Origin: Candidatus Hermodarchaeota archaeon
GTDB taxonomy: Archaea > Asgardarchaeota > Heimdallarchaeia > Hodarchaeales > Hodarchaeaceae
NCBI GenBank assembly: GCA_048886185.1
Contig: JBHLKY010000033.1
Span: 1,621-33,620, forward strand
Length of the DNA: 32,000 nucleotides
Direction: 5' to 3'
Shown here: in pieces, positions 17,239 to 26,282 of the stretch
Layout: every line of letters begins with the position of its first letter
How positions within the stretch are numbered: the first letter of the stretch is position 1
Translations under genes and position numbers: made by a program
The notes under the pieces: generated by a model
Databases searched by the model: none
The model's input: the letters and a program-made list of their open reading frames with translations, nothing else
What the model was told of the DNA's origin: nothing

Positions 17239-18567
17239 GTGCTGGAGTCTGATATAACAAGTTCAATGCAACGCTTTCACAAGTGTGTATTGTTACTCCC
17301 ACTTCCTTTAAATGAACGTCAAAATTTCTTAAACGAGGAGATGAGGCATTTATTAGCGTCCGCTCGTTATCATGTCATTAGAGAATACGAGATAATTTCA
17401 AATAACCCCAAATACCTATTTTCTCTTCATCATCTGTATGAAATTAAAACAAAAATTAGAAATGAGCTTAATTCAGATCTAATTGTTGCTGGTTCCCATT
17501 TATCACCAAAGACTCATATCAACTTGGAAAAACTCTTTGAATGCCAGGTTACTGATAAATTTGAGCTTGTTTTAGAGATATTTGCGGAGAGGGCTATGAC
17601 TGAGGAATCAAAACTCCAGATTGAGCTCGCACGATTGAAATATGAGCACCCACGAGAACGGTTACGTTTAATGCATAGCTTAGGGATTGAGGGTGCATGG
17701 CATTCGTGGCGACGTGGATTTGGGGGGACTGGTGAGAACCCTCTGAATGAATTTGAAGCAAGAATGACCAAGATTGAGTCCCGGATTAAGGAAAGACTCT
17801 CTACATTGAGTAAACAGCGTGAAAAGCGACGTTGGTCTCGTAAAAGATATCATCATGACAGCCTGTATGTAAGTATTGTTGGGTACACTTCTGCTGGTAA
17901 ATCTACAATTCTAAATGCCATAACTCAAACTTTTTCTTCCCCAGAAAGTTCACGTTTATTCGAGACATTAGATACTCGAATCCGTAGTTTCAAACTTGAG
18001 GATCTAAAGGTCTTTATTACCGATACTGTAGGATTCATTGAAGATCTCCCCACATTCTTAATTGACTCATTTAAATCAACTTTAGAGGAGAGTTTGGCTG
18101 CCGACATTCTGTTAATTGTTGTTGATGGGAGTGAATCAACTAGGCAAATGCTTCGAAAAACTCAGGTTTCGATCCAGACAGTTAATGAGATCAATCCCCA
18201 GAATTATCGTATTCTTACACTTAATAAAATTGATCTCGTAGATGATAAGATGCATGAGAAGCGGCTTAAACTTTTAAAAAGCCATTTTCCTGAATTGCCA
18301 ATAGTTTCTATTTCTGCTATTCAGAACATAGATCCTTTAATCGCAGAGATTGACAAATTTCAACCTAAAAAACGATATCGGTGTTCTTATTCACCTAATC
18401 ATCAATTTCGCTCTTTCTGTCATGATTTTACCTTTGTTGAGCATGAAACTTTTAAAAACAATGATTGGGAAATGGTTATTAGCCTACGGAAACCAAAATA
18501 TGGACTGGAAGTTCTCAAACATAGGGCGGCTGCCCTAGGTGTCAAAATCGAAATGGAGTCAATTTAA
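17239..18567 (+). CDS. hflX: Ribosome-associated GTPase HflX
   Basis: GTG start with GAGGTG RBS. LVLEIFAERA.TEESKLQIELARLKY; G1 GYTSAGKST, G2 FETLDT, G3 DTVGFI, G4 NKID. Confidence 0.93.
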   Translation: MLESDITSSMQRFHKCVLLLPLPLNERQNFLNEEMRHLLASARYHVIREYEIISNNPKYLFSLHHLYEIKTKIRNELNSDLIVAGSHLSPKTHINLEKLFECQVTDKFELVLEIFAERAMTEESKLQIELARLKYEHPRERLRLMHSLGIEGAWHSWRRGFGGTGENPLNEFEARMTKIESRIKERLSTLSKQREKRRWSRKRYHHDSLYVSIVGYTSAGKSTILNAITQTFSSPESSRLFETLDTRIRSFKLEDLKVFITDTVGFIEDLPTFLIDSFKSTLEESLAADILLIVVDGSESTRQMLRKTQVSIQTVNEINPQNYRILTLNKIDLVDDKMHEKRLKLLKSHFPELPIVSISAIQNIDPLIAEIDKFQPKKRYRCSYSPNHQFRSFCHDFTFVEHETFKNNDWEMVISLRKPKYGLEVLKHRAAALGVKIEMESI

Positions 18568-19732
18568 ACTGAAATATCACTCAAAGAGAGTCACTTGGAG
18601 TATTGTGATGTCTCTCTTGATATTTGGATTCTTAGCACCTGTTAAGTCTTTATCAGTTCTTGATCCAGATATTCAATGGAATCTCATTGATGTAGGAGTC
18701 GAAGAGGCTTGGAGTTATACACAAGGGAATCCCAATATTGTTGTAGCGGTGATTGATAGTGGGATTGATAATTCTCACCCAGACTTGGTAAATCAAACGT
18801 GGAAAAATCAAGGCGAAATACCTGATAATGGATTAGATGATGACGGGAATGGCTATATTGATGACATTATCGGTTGGGATTTTCGTGATAATGATAATGA
18901 TCCATCCCCTGGGCATTCTCATGGAACTTTTGTTGCTGGTTTAATTGCTGCAGATGATGATAATGATATAATTGTTGGAATCGCTCCAAATATTCGATTG
19001 ATGGCTTTAAGATTTCTTGATGATCAAAATCAATTCGGAGGAAACGATTGGGATATGTTTATAGAAGCCATAGAGTATGCAGTAAATAATGGGGCGAATA
19101 TAATTCACTTATCTATATCTGCGTATGAAATTCCTCCAAAATCATTTCATACGGCCATAAAAAGTGCTTATAATAGTGGAGTGATAGTTGTTAGTGTCAC
19201 TGGAAATAATCAAGATGAAGTTACATACCCTGGTAAGTATCCAGAAGTTATCGCTGTCTCTGCTACCACTAAAGATCGTAACATCGCTTTCTTTTCGTCT
19301 GCTGGAGATCAAAATGAAATTTGTGCTCCAGGAGAGAATATTTCCTCCATTTTCCCTGGTATTTCAACCACTCGAATTGGATCAGGAACATCTTTTGCTG
19401 CCCCCTTAGTCTCTGGAGCAATTTCATTAATATTATCTCTAAATAAAAGCTTATCAATTGAGATGGTTCGATCTATACTTCATGAGACAAGTACTGATCT
19501 TGGAGATCAAGGAAAAGACCCAATATTTGGATATGGATTGCTTAACGTCTCTGCAGCACTTGAAAAAGTTGTAAATGAACATAATAATGGATCAATACCT
19601 TGTATTTCTAGTGAAACAGATATTCTTTCATCCATGACATCGACATCTTCAGTAAATAAAGCTGGTTTATCATTTATTAGCTCTTTTGGGATTCTTACTC
19701 TCATATTTCTTTTTGGTAAGAAAAAACGGTAA
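18539..19732 (+). CDS. Secreted subtilisin-like serine protease (S8) with C-terminal membrane anchor
   Basis: Catalytic triad motifs VAVIDSG, HGTFVAG, GTSFAAP; Ca-binding insert DDDGNGYIDDIIGWDF; N-terminal signal/TM segment; C-terminal S/T linker, TM segment and KKKR. GTG start overlaps hflX by 29 nt. Confidence 0.93.
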   Translation: MSKSKWSQFKLKYHSKRVTWSIVMSLLIFGFLAPVKSLSVLDPDIQWNLIDVGVEEAWSYTQGNPNIVVAVIDSGIDNSHPDLVNQTWKNQGEIPDNGLDDDGNGYIDDIIGWDFRDNDNDPSPGHSHGTFVAGLIAADDDNDIIVGIAPNIRLMALRFLDDQNQFGGNDWDMFIEAIEYAVNNGANIIHLSISAYEIPPKSFHTAIKSAYNSGVIVVSVTGNNQDEVTYPGKYPEVIAVSATTKDRNIAFFSSAGDQNEICAPGENISSIFPGISTTRIGSGTSFAAPLVSGAISLILSLNKSLSIEMVRSILHETSTDLGDQGKDPIFGYGLLNVSAALEKVVNEHNNGSIPCISSETDILSSMTSTSSVNKAGLSFISSFGILTLIFLFGKKKR

Positions 19733-19755
19733 TATTCAATAATACTCTCAAAATC

Positions 19756-21915
19756 CTATTTTAACGGATTCTGTGCTCGATCTCTCCTTTGAAGAATTTT
19801 AAAAGTTTTTCCAAGAAGCACATAGATATTGCTAAGGATTTTTTTCTCAACTTTTTTTGAAAAATGAAATCCTTGAAGAATTGCTAGGTCAAGTGCTTTT
19901 CTTTGAGGTAATTTTAATTGTTCAGGAATCATGGGAAGTTGTATCCTTCGTAGGATGTCAAATTCTCTTATTATCTGATTTTTCTGTGAAGAAAGAATTT
20001 TTGAAACATCTAAGAATAATGGTTCCTTTAAGTAATCAATAATTTGAAGTCTTCCAAAAGATCCTCCAATTTCACGGCGACTTAACAAAAAGAGAACGAT
20101 AAAGAATGAGGAATTAAGCCATGCAGCAAGTAATTTAGCATACTCTACATCATCACTTCGAAGTACATAAAAATTCTTTGAACAAATATGTTTTGTTTCA
20201 AGAAAGTGTCCCATAACACCTGTTGAAGAGATACTGAATTTATCAATGAAGAAAAGATGGCCCCAGGGTTTTTTAATTTTGATTTGCTTGTGTATATGAG
20301 AGATCCATTCAGAACCAAATTTACTTTTTGCTGGGGAAGCATAATGTTCTGTAAGTGCTGTATAGTCTTCTATCCATTTTTGAAATTTTAACTCTGAATT
20401 GGGGATTGATAGTGCAAAATCTTCTACTTGTGGCGATATAAATTGGGTATATTTACCTGGTTTTCTTAAAGATCGGATTATGTATCTTTTTGGAATTTTG
20501 AGGGTGTTTTCCTCACATTTAATTATCACTTCTTCTTCAGTTTCCGAAATACTTGCCCATTTTCGATTGGGAACGAAAAAAAAGTTTGGACCATACATTT
20601 CAATCCCTCGCACAATATCCAAATGCAATTTCTTCCCACTTTTAATGAGGCCTGATCGGAGGAGTGTTTTGCGGAAATTTAAAAGTTCTGGATCCTTTAA
20701 AAAAATTGTCCAATTCCATTCTTTTGCCAATTCTTCTCGTGGAACCAAATGGGTTGAGAAAGGTTGCTCCAATGATCTCTTCGTGTCTAAAAAGCGGATA
20801 AATTGAATTTCAGTATTTTTTTCTGGCGTTTTATTTTTAGCTATAAGCATAATCTCACGGAAACTACTATCTTCGGAATAAGCTTTTTTATCCTCAGGTG
20901 ATGTTATGGCTTTTAATTGGTAATTTTTTAAAAGTAGTTCCTGTACACCACTAGAATACTGAGAAAGGATAGTTGCAGCTGGTAGTATTGCTCCCACTAC
21001 CCCATCCTCCTTAACCAACATATCCGCTAGCAGGAACGCATAAATATGAAGGCCTACTTGGCCCCTTAAATATTGTTTATAGTATTGTTCTATTTTGGAT
21101 AGATTTTTCCTTTGATTATTGTCTATACGGTGTATACGTGTGAAAGGAGGATTCATTAACACCAAATCATATTTATTTATGACATTTTGCTCTGTTTCAA
21201 GACTAGAAGAAAATGTCGCAAAAGCATCCCCGATTGATGCTTGAACTAACCGAAAATCTTGCTTGCATTCTGACAATTTCAGAATGATTCGACAATAAGC
21301 AATGAGAACTGCCGAAGGCATTAGATCATGAATTCTGATCGATGGAAATTGGTCTTTTGAACTCAAATTCTCCAAATAAGCTGAAATAAGCCTTCCTGAA
21401 CCACAAAATGGATCAATTATCGTTTTGAAAGAGCCAGTATTGATCAATTCTATAAGGAGTTGTGCTGAATTGAAGGTTGTATAGTTCGCAGCTAATGTTT
21501 TTCGATCCTCAAAGTCTAAGGACTGTTGTAGTAATGTTCCCAATGTATCATTGTCTAATAAATCCTGTATATCTGGGATTTCTATTGATAAAAGTGAATT
21601 AAGGCAATCTTTCTCATTAATAGCAGTAAAAATCTTATGGATGAATTCCCAGAGACAATTTGATTTAGGAATATCCTTTTTTAATTTTTCTATGATTTCA
21701 AAAGCCGTATTAGCCGATTTAATTATCAACTTATTGTTAAAAAAATGGAGTAACCAATATCCAGCTAAATAAGAGAGTATAAATTCATCTTCACTATGGA
21801 TGAAAGCGGGTAGTTTGGCAAAATTAAAATTAGCTTTACATTCTTCTATCCACTTGTTAATTTCAATAATATTAATATCTCTTGGGTTGAATTCTCTTTT
21901 AGTAACAGGGGGCAT
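19756..21915 (-). CDS. Gamma-class N6-adenine DNA methyltransferase (Eco57I/N-6 methylase-like) with C-terminal target-recognition region
   Basis: IIDPFCGSG precedes LMNPPF; GAILP; C-terminal WLNSS motif. No nuclease motif recognised. Confidence 0.87.
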   Translation of the reverse strand: MPPVTKREFNPRDINIIEINKWIEECKANFNFAKLPAFIHSEDEFILSYLAGYWLLHFFNNKLIIKSANTAFEIIEKLKKDIPKSNCLWEFIHKIFTAINEKDCLNSLLSIEIPDIQDLLDNDTLGTLLQQSLDFEDRKTLAANYTTFNSAQLLIELINTGSFKTIIDPFCGSGRLISAYLENLSSKDQFPSIRIHDLMPSAVLIAYCRIILKLSECKQDFRLVQASIGDAFATFSSSLETEQNVINKYDLVLMNPPFTRIHRIDNNQRKNLSKIEQYYKQYLRGQVGLHIYAFLLADMLVKEDGVVGAILPAATILSQYSSGVQELLLKNYQLKAITSPEDKKAYSEDSSFREIMLIAKNKTPEKNTEIQFIRFLDTKRSLEQPFSTHLVPREELAKEWNWTIFLKDPELLNFRKTLLRSGLIKSGKKLHLDIVRGIEMYGPNFFFVPNRKWASISETEEEVIIKCEENTLKIPKRYIIRSLRKPGKYTQFISPQVEDFALSIPNSELKFQKWIEDYTALTEHYASPAKSKFGSEWISHIHKQIKIKKPWGHLFFIDKFSISSTGVMGHFLETKHICSKNFYVLRSDDVEYAKLLAAWLNSSFFIVLFLLSRREIGGSFGRLQIIDYLKEPLFLDVSKILSSQKNQIIREFDILRRIQLPMIPEQLKLPQRKALDLAILQGFHFSKKVEKKILSNIYVLLGKTFKILQRRDRAQNPLK

Positions 21916-21953
21916 CCCAAAATATCCTTTAAATGCTGTTATTCATTTTATAC

Positions 21954-23744
21954 CTAATCTCCACGCTCAAGTAACCTAGATATTAACTCATTAATTTTTG
22001 AAATCTTCGTATTATCCTGGCATTTGTTGATTTGCATATATTTAACTTGTACTTTTATTTCATTGTGAATTTTTCGTTCATTTGATGAATTCCAATTGAT
22101 GAGTCGAAATGGGATGTTCTTTAGTGGTTCCTCAGAAAATTCTGCAACACCACCGCGAACAAGGCCTTTATTTTTGACCCAATCAAAAACTTCTTTACTA
22201 TTTAGGAAGGCTGTGATATATTCAGGTGATTCTTTCACCCAATTTAATCTTACTAAAACAGTCACATCTTGAGTTGTAAAGATTCCTTGTTTACAAAGAG
22301 CAAATCGTAAAAATCCTCTTTTATCAAACCGATCTTTACAGGGAACACAAATGATTGATTTAGCGTCTCGCATAAGATTGTAATTTCTTATAAATACCCA
22401 TTCCCAATATGGAATTTTTCTATTATATTGATAACGTTTTTCTAATGCTTCCTGAAGAGGTTTAATTTGATTATACAAAGTTGGGTAGTCTGATCTAAGT
22501 ATTTCTTCAGAAAGAATGTCTCCAGGTTTGACAAGGAAGTACTCTGTTAAGAACTCAGCATAATATCTTTGTATTGCTTTTGCTTTTACGACTTGAATTA
22601 AAAGCTTTTTTTCTTTCTTTGTTACTGAAGTTTTTAACTTTAGACGAAAGGCTTTATCTAGTCCACTAACCATCCCATTTCCTATCTCTACAATATCACC
22701 AATCCTAACAAAACGTGATGAGGAGTGTGAAGAGGTTTTTGGAGAATTGTACAAGTATTTGGTTAGTTGTGTGATATGAGGGACTTTGAAATATGTTTTA
22801 TTATTCCATTTCACTTTTTGGTAAGATTTTATTGGATATCCCAACGATATGAGATCATCAACAGAATATAAAGAAGATAGTCGAGTTTTATAACCATTTA
22901 TTAAAATATCAGGAGAAAAATGGCAGGCTTGTTCAAAGACTGCAAGCTTCTGTTCGATATCAATAGGAAGAAAATGCCAAGGTAATGAATTCAAAGGCTG
23001 ATGAGTTTCAAAATATTCCAAATTTCCATCTCTTTTAGAATTTGGTTTCCATAATGAAGAATCAAAAAGAAGTCTACGGACACGATCGAGAACCTTCGAC
23101 TGTAGCTTTCCTTTTTGCCAGTAATTAATAACTTTTAATCCATGATCATGATTACCCTTACGATATTTGAAAATAACAAGATTGAGATTGACTTTTGGGA
23201 ATATTCGGGCTTCATGAAAATTGATTACAACTTCTAGTGAACCATTGTCTAATAAAAACCGTCTTAACGGTTCCGCATGAAGTGTTTGCATCCAGAATAG
23301 AGGTGTAATGAATATTAATTCTCCATCAGTTTCAAGGTGGTCAATACTTTTGAAGATAAACGGTTGTAATATATCTGTTAATCCATTCATACGTTTTTGC
23401 CAAAATGAGGTTGAGCTGAAATATTGCCTCTGTTTTAGAGAAAGATTTTTCCATCGAATATATGGTGGATTACCTATTACAACACTGAATTTATTTGAAA
23501 TCGGATAATCAAAAAAATTCCCTACATTTATCCGAAAAGGGGATTGATTTACGAGAGAAGGATCAATTTCTATTCCAGTAAGATTTTGATACCCCATTTG
23601 GGATAAAAGCTTAAGAAATACTCCTTTTCCAGCACTAGGCTCAAGTATTTTTTTCCTCTTCGAATTAATGGAAATTAAATTAATCATTAATTGTGCAATC
23701 TTAATTGGAGTAAAATATTGCCCCATCGATTTCTCTTTTAACAC
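21954..23744 (-). CDS. Gamma-class N6-adenine DNA methyltransferase (TaqI/Eco57I-like) with TaqI_C-like domain
   Basis: GQYFTP, LEPSAGKG, GIEID, IGNPPY, ELIFITP; C-terminal AFLNSK...L..IPF. Start is GTG at 23744 or ATG at 23726. Confidence 0.9.
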   Translation of the reverse strand: MLKEKSMGQYFTPIKIAQLMINLISINSKRKKILEPSAGKGVFLKLLSQMGYQNLTGIEIDPSLVNQSPFRINVGNFFDYPISNKFSVVIGNPPYIRWKNLSLKQRQYFSSTSFWQKRMNGLTDILQPFIFKSIDHLETDGELIFITPLFWMQTLHAEPLRRFLLDNGSLEVVINFHEARIFPKVNLNLVIFKYRKGNHDHGLKVINYWQKGKLQSKVLDRVRRLLFDSSLWKPNSKRDGNLEYFETHQPLNSLPWHFLPIDIEQKLAVFEQACHFSPDILINGYKTRLSSLYSVDDLISLGYPIKSYQKVKWNNKTYFKVPHITQLTKYLYNSPKTSSHSSSRFVRIGDIVEIGNGMVSGLDKAFRLKLKTSVTKKEKKLLIQVVKAKAIQRYYAEFLTEYFLVKPGDILSEEILRSDYPTLYNQIKPLQEALEKRYQYNRKIPYWEWVFIRNYNLMRDAKSIICVPCKDRFDKRGFLRFALCKQGIFTTQDVTVLVRLNWVKESPEYITAFLNSKEVFDWVKNKGLVRGGVAEFSEEPLKNIPFRLINWNSSNERKIHNEIKVQVKYMQINKCQDNTKISKINELISRLLERGD

Positions 23745-23768
23745 TGAATTACCTCAGAGCATTAGCAT

Positions 23769-24941
23769 TTATCTTCTGCCCTTATACTTCACTGTTGTTA
23801 TCAAGTCTCTTAGTTCAAGTAAATCTGAGTTTTCTGGTACAATCTTCTTCTTTGTTCCCTCTGAAAGAGGAACCGTTTCGATATTTTCTCCACGAAGACA
23901 GACCATCAGTCCATAACGATCTTCTTGTACTAGTTTTGTTGCATGGGCGCCTAATCGTAAACCAAGAATTCGATCGAAAGAATTTGGTGTGCCAGCCCTC
24001 ATAGTGTGACCAAGAACAATATCACGAACCTCAAATTCTGCATTTGACTTCTTGAAATATTCTTTTAAATCATTTCTGAGATTTAATTCTTTAACAATTA
24101 TATTAGACATGTTTAATTTTGATAATAATGGATTACCAAAGTCATCTTTAGGGAGTTTATTCAGGGTGTCTTGAGATATTGTTTTGAAGTCTTTTCGTAA
24201 CGATTCTGTTGTAGGCACAGCTCCTTCACTACAAGCAATTATGTGATATTTGCATCCTGCCCTTACCCTTTCACGCAATACCTTTATAACATCTTTCTCC
24301 AGATCAAATGGTTTTTCTGGGATTAAAATGATATCTGCTCCTGTAGAAATCCCACTAACCAGCGTCAACCAACCTGCATCTCGACCCATTACCTCTACTA
24401 CAAAAATTCTCTGATGAGATCGTGCGGTGGTTGTAATATTATCCATAGTGTTTGAGGCTAGCTGTATCGCAGACCAAAATCCAAAAGTATAATCTGTACT
24501 AGAAAGATCGTTATCTATTGTCTTCGGAACACCTATTACGTTTGCTCCCGCATATTGATGCATTGCTGCTGCAACACCAAGCGTATCATCTCCACCAATT
24601 GCTATTAAGGCATCAATTTCTAATGTTTTAAATTGAGCGGCCATCATTTTAGCAATTTCTTCAATCCTCTTCTGCTTTTCAGTGAAATCTTTCAATTTCA
24701 ATGCATCTTTATACGGATTTGTTCGTGATGTATAGAGTATGGTGCCTCCAATAGTATGCAAGTCATCTAATTTCGATATATCTAATCTTCTGGTTATATT
24801 TTCTAGAAATCCCTTCCATCCCTTTTCGATGCCAATTACATCAAATCCAGCATCCATTGCTTTTAGAAGAACCCCGTATAACACACTGTTTAGGCCAGGG
24901 CAATCTCCACCTCCCGTCAATACACCAATGGTTTTTATCAT
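23769..24941 (-). CDS. pfp: PfkA-family 6-phosphofructokinase, pyrophosphate-dependent type
   Basis: TGGGDCPG, GGTILYTSR, GGDDT, PKTIDND, EVMGRDAGW, LGHTMRAG. The D in GGDDT and K in PKTIDND are the PPi-type residues (G/G in ATP-PFK). Confidence 0.9.
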   Translation of the reverse strand: MIKTIGVLTGGGDCPGLNSVLYGVLLKAMDAGFDVIGIEKGWKGFLENITRRLDISKLDDLHTIGGTILYTSRTNPYKDALKLKDFTEKQKRIEEIAKMMAAQFKTLEIDALIAIGGDDTLGVAAAMHQYAGANVIGVPKTIDNDLSSTDYTFGFWSAIQLASNTMDNITTTARSHQRIFVVEVMGRDAGWLTLVSGISTGADIILIPEKPFDLEKDVIKVLRERVRAGCKYHIIACSEGAVPTTESLRKDFKTISQDTLNKLPKDDFGNPLLSKLNMSNIIVKELNLRNDLKEYFKKSNAEFEVRDIVLGHTMRAGTPNSFDRILGLRLGAHATKLVQEDRYGLMVCLRGENIETVPLSEGTKKKIVPENSDLLELRDLITTVKYKGRR

Positions 24942-25097
24942 TTCACTTAGCCACCTTCAATGGTTTTATACTTCAATTTAAAGGAATTCGTGATTTCCTC
25001 CCAGTATAAATATATAAGGGAATTGTTCACCTTTGGTATGAGATATTGGCCTGAGGATGGTCATATTCCCTTCTATACCGAAGAAAATTATGGATAA

Positions 25098-25928
25098 CTA
25101 ACGCAATTTACCATAACAATGGGGACAAAAGTATGCTGAAGCAGGAACTGGTTTTCCACAGAATTTACATGACGCTTGAGCTCCTCCTTCAGGAGCAGTC
25201 GTTTTAACAACTTTCTTGACTGTTTTTGGAGCTTTTGTAGACTTAATTGCCATTTTAGGCTGCTTTTTTGGAGTTGCTGAACCACTACCCCATTGTAATG
25301 TGGGTTCCCATCCTCCAGGGGCACCTCGTACTTTAGGAGCTGATGGTTTTCGTCCCATCACAATACTAACCACAGTTAGAGCTACTCCAACAACAGCGAT
25401 GATTAAAGGGAGAACTTGTGCAAAAAGGGAATAGCTAACATCAACTCGATACGTGAGAAGACGTATTTGACTAATACCAGTATTATCAACATAAAGAAAC
25501 ATGTCAAAAGTCTTCGAAGCATAAGGTCCTGAAATTGATGTGTAAATCGTAGCTAACATTCGTCCTTCTTCCCCTCCTGCATCACCATCTAATGTTTTCT
25601 TCGTCTGCTGCTCCATTCCAATAGTTTCATCCGCCGATCTATAAATAAGCCATACATCACAATCCCAGGCATCTTGTCCTTGAAGATAGAATGATACTTT
25701 TAATTGAACTCCCATGATGGGAAGGGGGGTTCTCGGAATACCTCTAACAAGTTCAAACTGATCTTCGGTATTTTGTGGAAAGGACTCATTTACTGACACA
25801 CTGCCAGTAGTTACGTAAAACGGATAGAGTCCCGTTCCGATTATTGGAAATAATAGTGAAAAAAGCACAAATAAAAAACCACCTAGTATCAGTACTACTA
25901 TTCCTGCTATCATAAGTTTTGATGCCAT
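25098..25928 (-). CDS. Membrane protein with C-terminal zinc ribbon
   Basis: Likely start MASKLM at 25928; the track start at 26006 overlaps the divergent ORF. N-terminal TM, beta-rich middle domain, second TM, Lys/Thr-rich linker, then CKFC...CPHC. Confidence 0.8.
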   Translation of the reverse strand: MASKLMIAGIVVLILGGFLFVLFSLLFPIIGTGLYPFYVTTGSVSVNESFPQNTEDQFELVRGIPRTPLPIMGVQLKVSFYLQGQDAWDCDVWLIYRSADETIGMEQQTKKTLDGDAGGEEGRMLATIYTSISGPYASKTFDMFLYVDNTGISQIRLLTYRVDVSYSLFAQVLPLIIAVVGVALTVVSIVMGRKPSAPKVRGAPGGWEPTLQWGSGSATPKKQPKMAIKSTKAPKTVKKVVKTTAPEGGAQASCKFCGKPVPASAYFCPHCYGKLR

Positions 25929-26096
25929 CTGACTCACTCTTTTCATTCTTTGATGAGATATGCCTATATCATATCCATTATAATGTTTAAAATGGACTCC
26001 GCGCATGTCTTAATAAACTTTCGAATTTTGATTGAATGTAAGAATATCTTGTATTTAGAGGCTTTTGAGAATCTAATTTCATCTTCACTTATCTTG

Positions 26097-26279
26097 GTGA
26101 TCCAAATTATTCAGATTAATGTCAAGAAATGTGTGGGTTGTGCATATTGTTCTCTTGTTTGTCCACTTGCTAGTTTTAAAGTAGAAGGAATTTCTAATTT
26201 TATGCAAAAATGCAATAAATGTCATTTATGTATCAATAGTTGCCCAGTTTCGGCAATAATTCCATGTTGGGAGGAATAA
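26097..26279 (+). CDS. 2x[4Fe-4S] ferredoxin
   Basis: CVGCAYCSLVCP and CNKCHLCINSCP. Start inferred at GTG 26097 (or TTG 26094); the longer track ORF from 25950 adds an implausible leader overlapping the neighbouring gene. Confidence 0.88.
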   Translation: MIQIIQINVKKCVGCAYCSLVCPLASFKVEGISNFMQKCNKCHLCINSCPVSAIIPCWEE

Positions 26280-26282
26280 ACA

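Noticed and set aside
17514-21772. Small ORFs nested in hflX, the S8 protease and the 719-aa MTase (17514, 17925, 18350, 19188, 19269, 19507, 19857, 20145, 20399, 21551)
   Set aside because: Alternative-frame or antisense shadows without recognisable features.
5118-23744. Prophage, integrative element or transposon carrying the MTases
   Set aside because: No integrase, transposase, capsid gene, tRNA target or terminal repeats were seen, and housekeeping genes are interleaved.
23308-25434. Small ORFs at 23308, 23668, 23795, 24739, 25088 and 25216
   Set aside because: Shadows of the MTase, PFK and zinc-ribbon genes.
25950-26096. N-terminal extension of the ferredoxin in the ORF track
   Set aside because: It overlaps the divergent gene region and has no ferredoxin-like features; the domain begins near GTG 26097.
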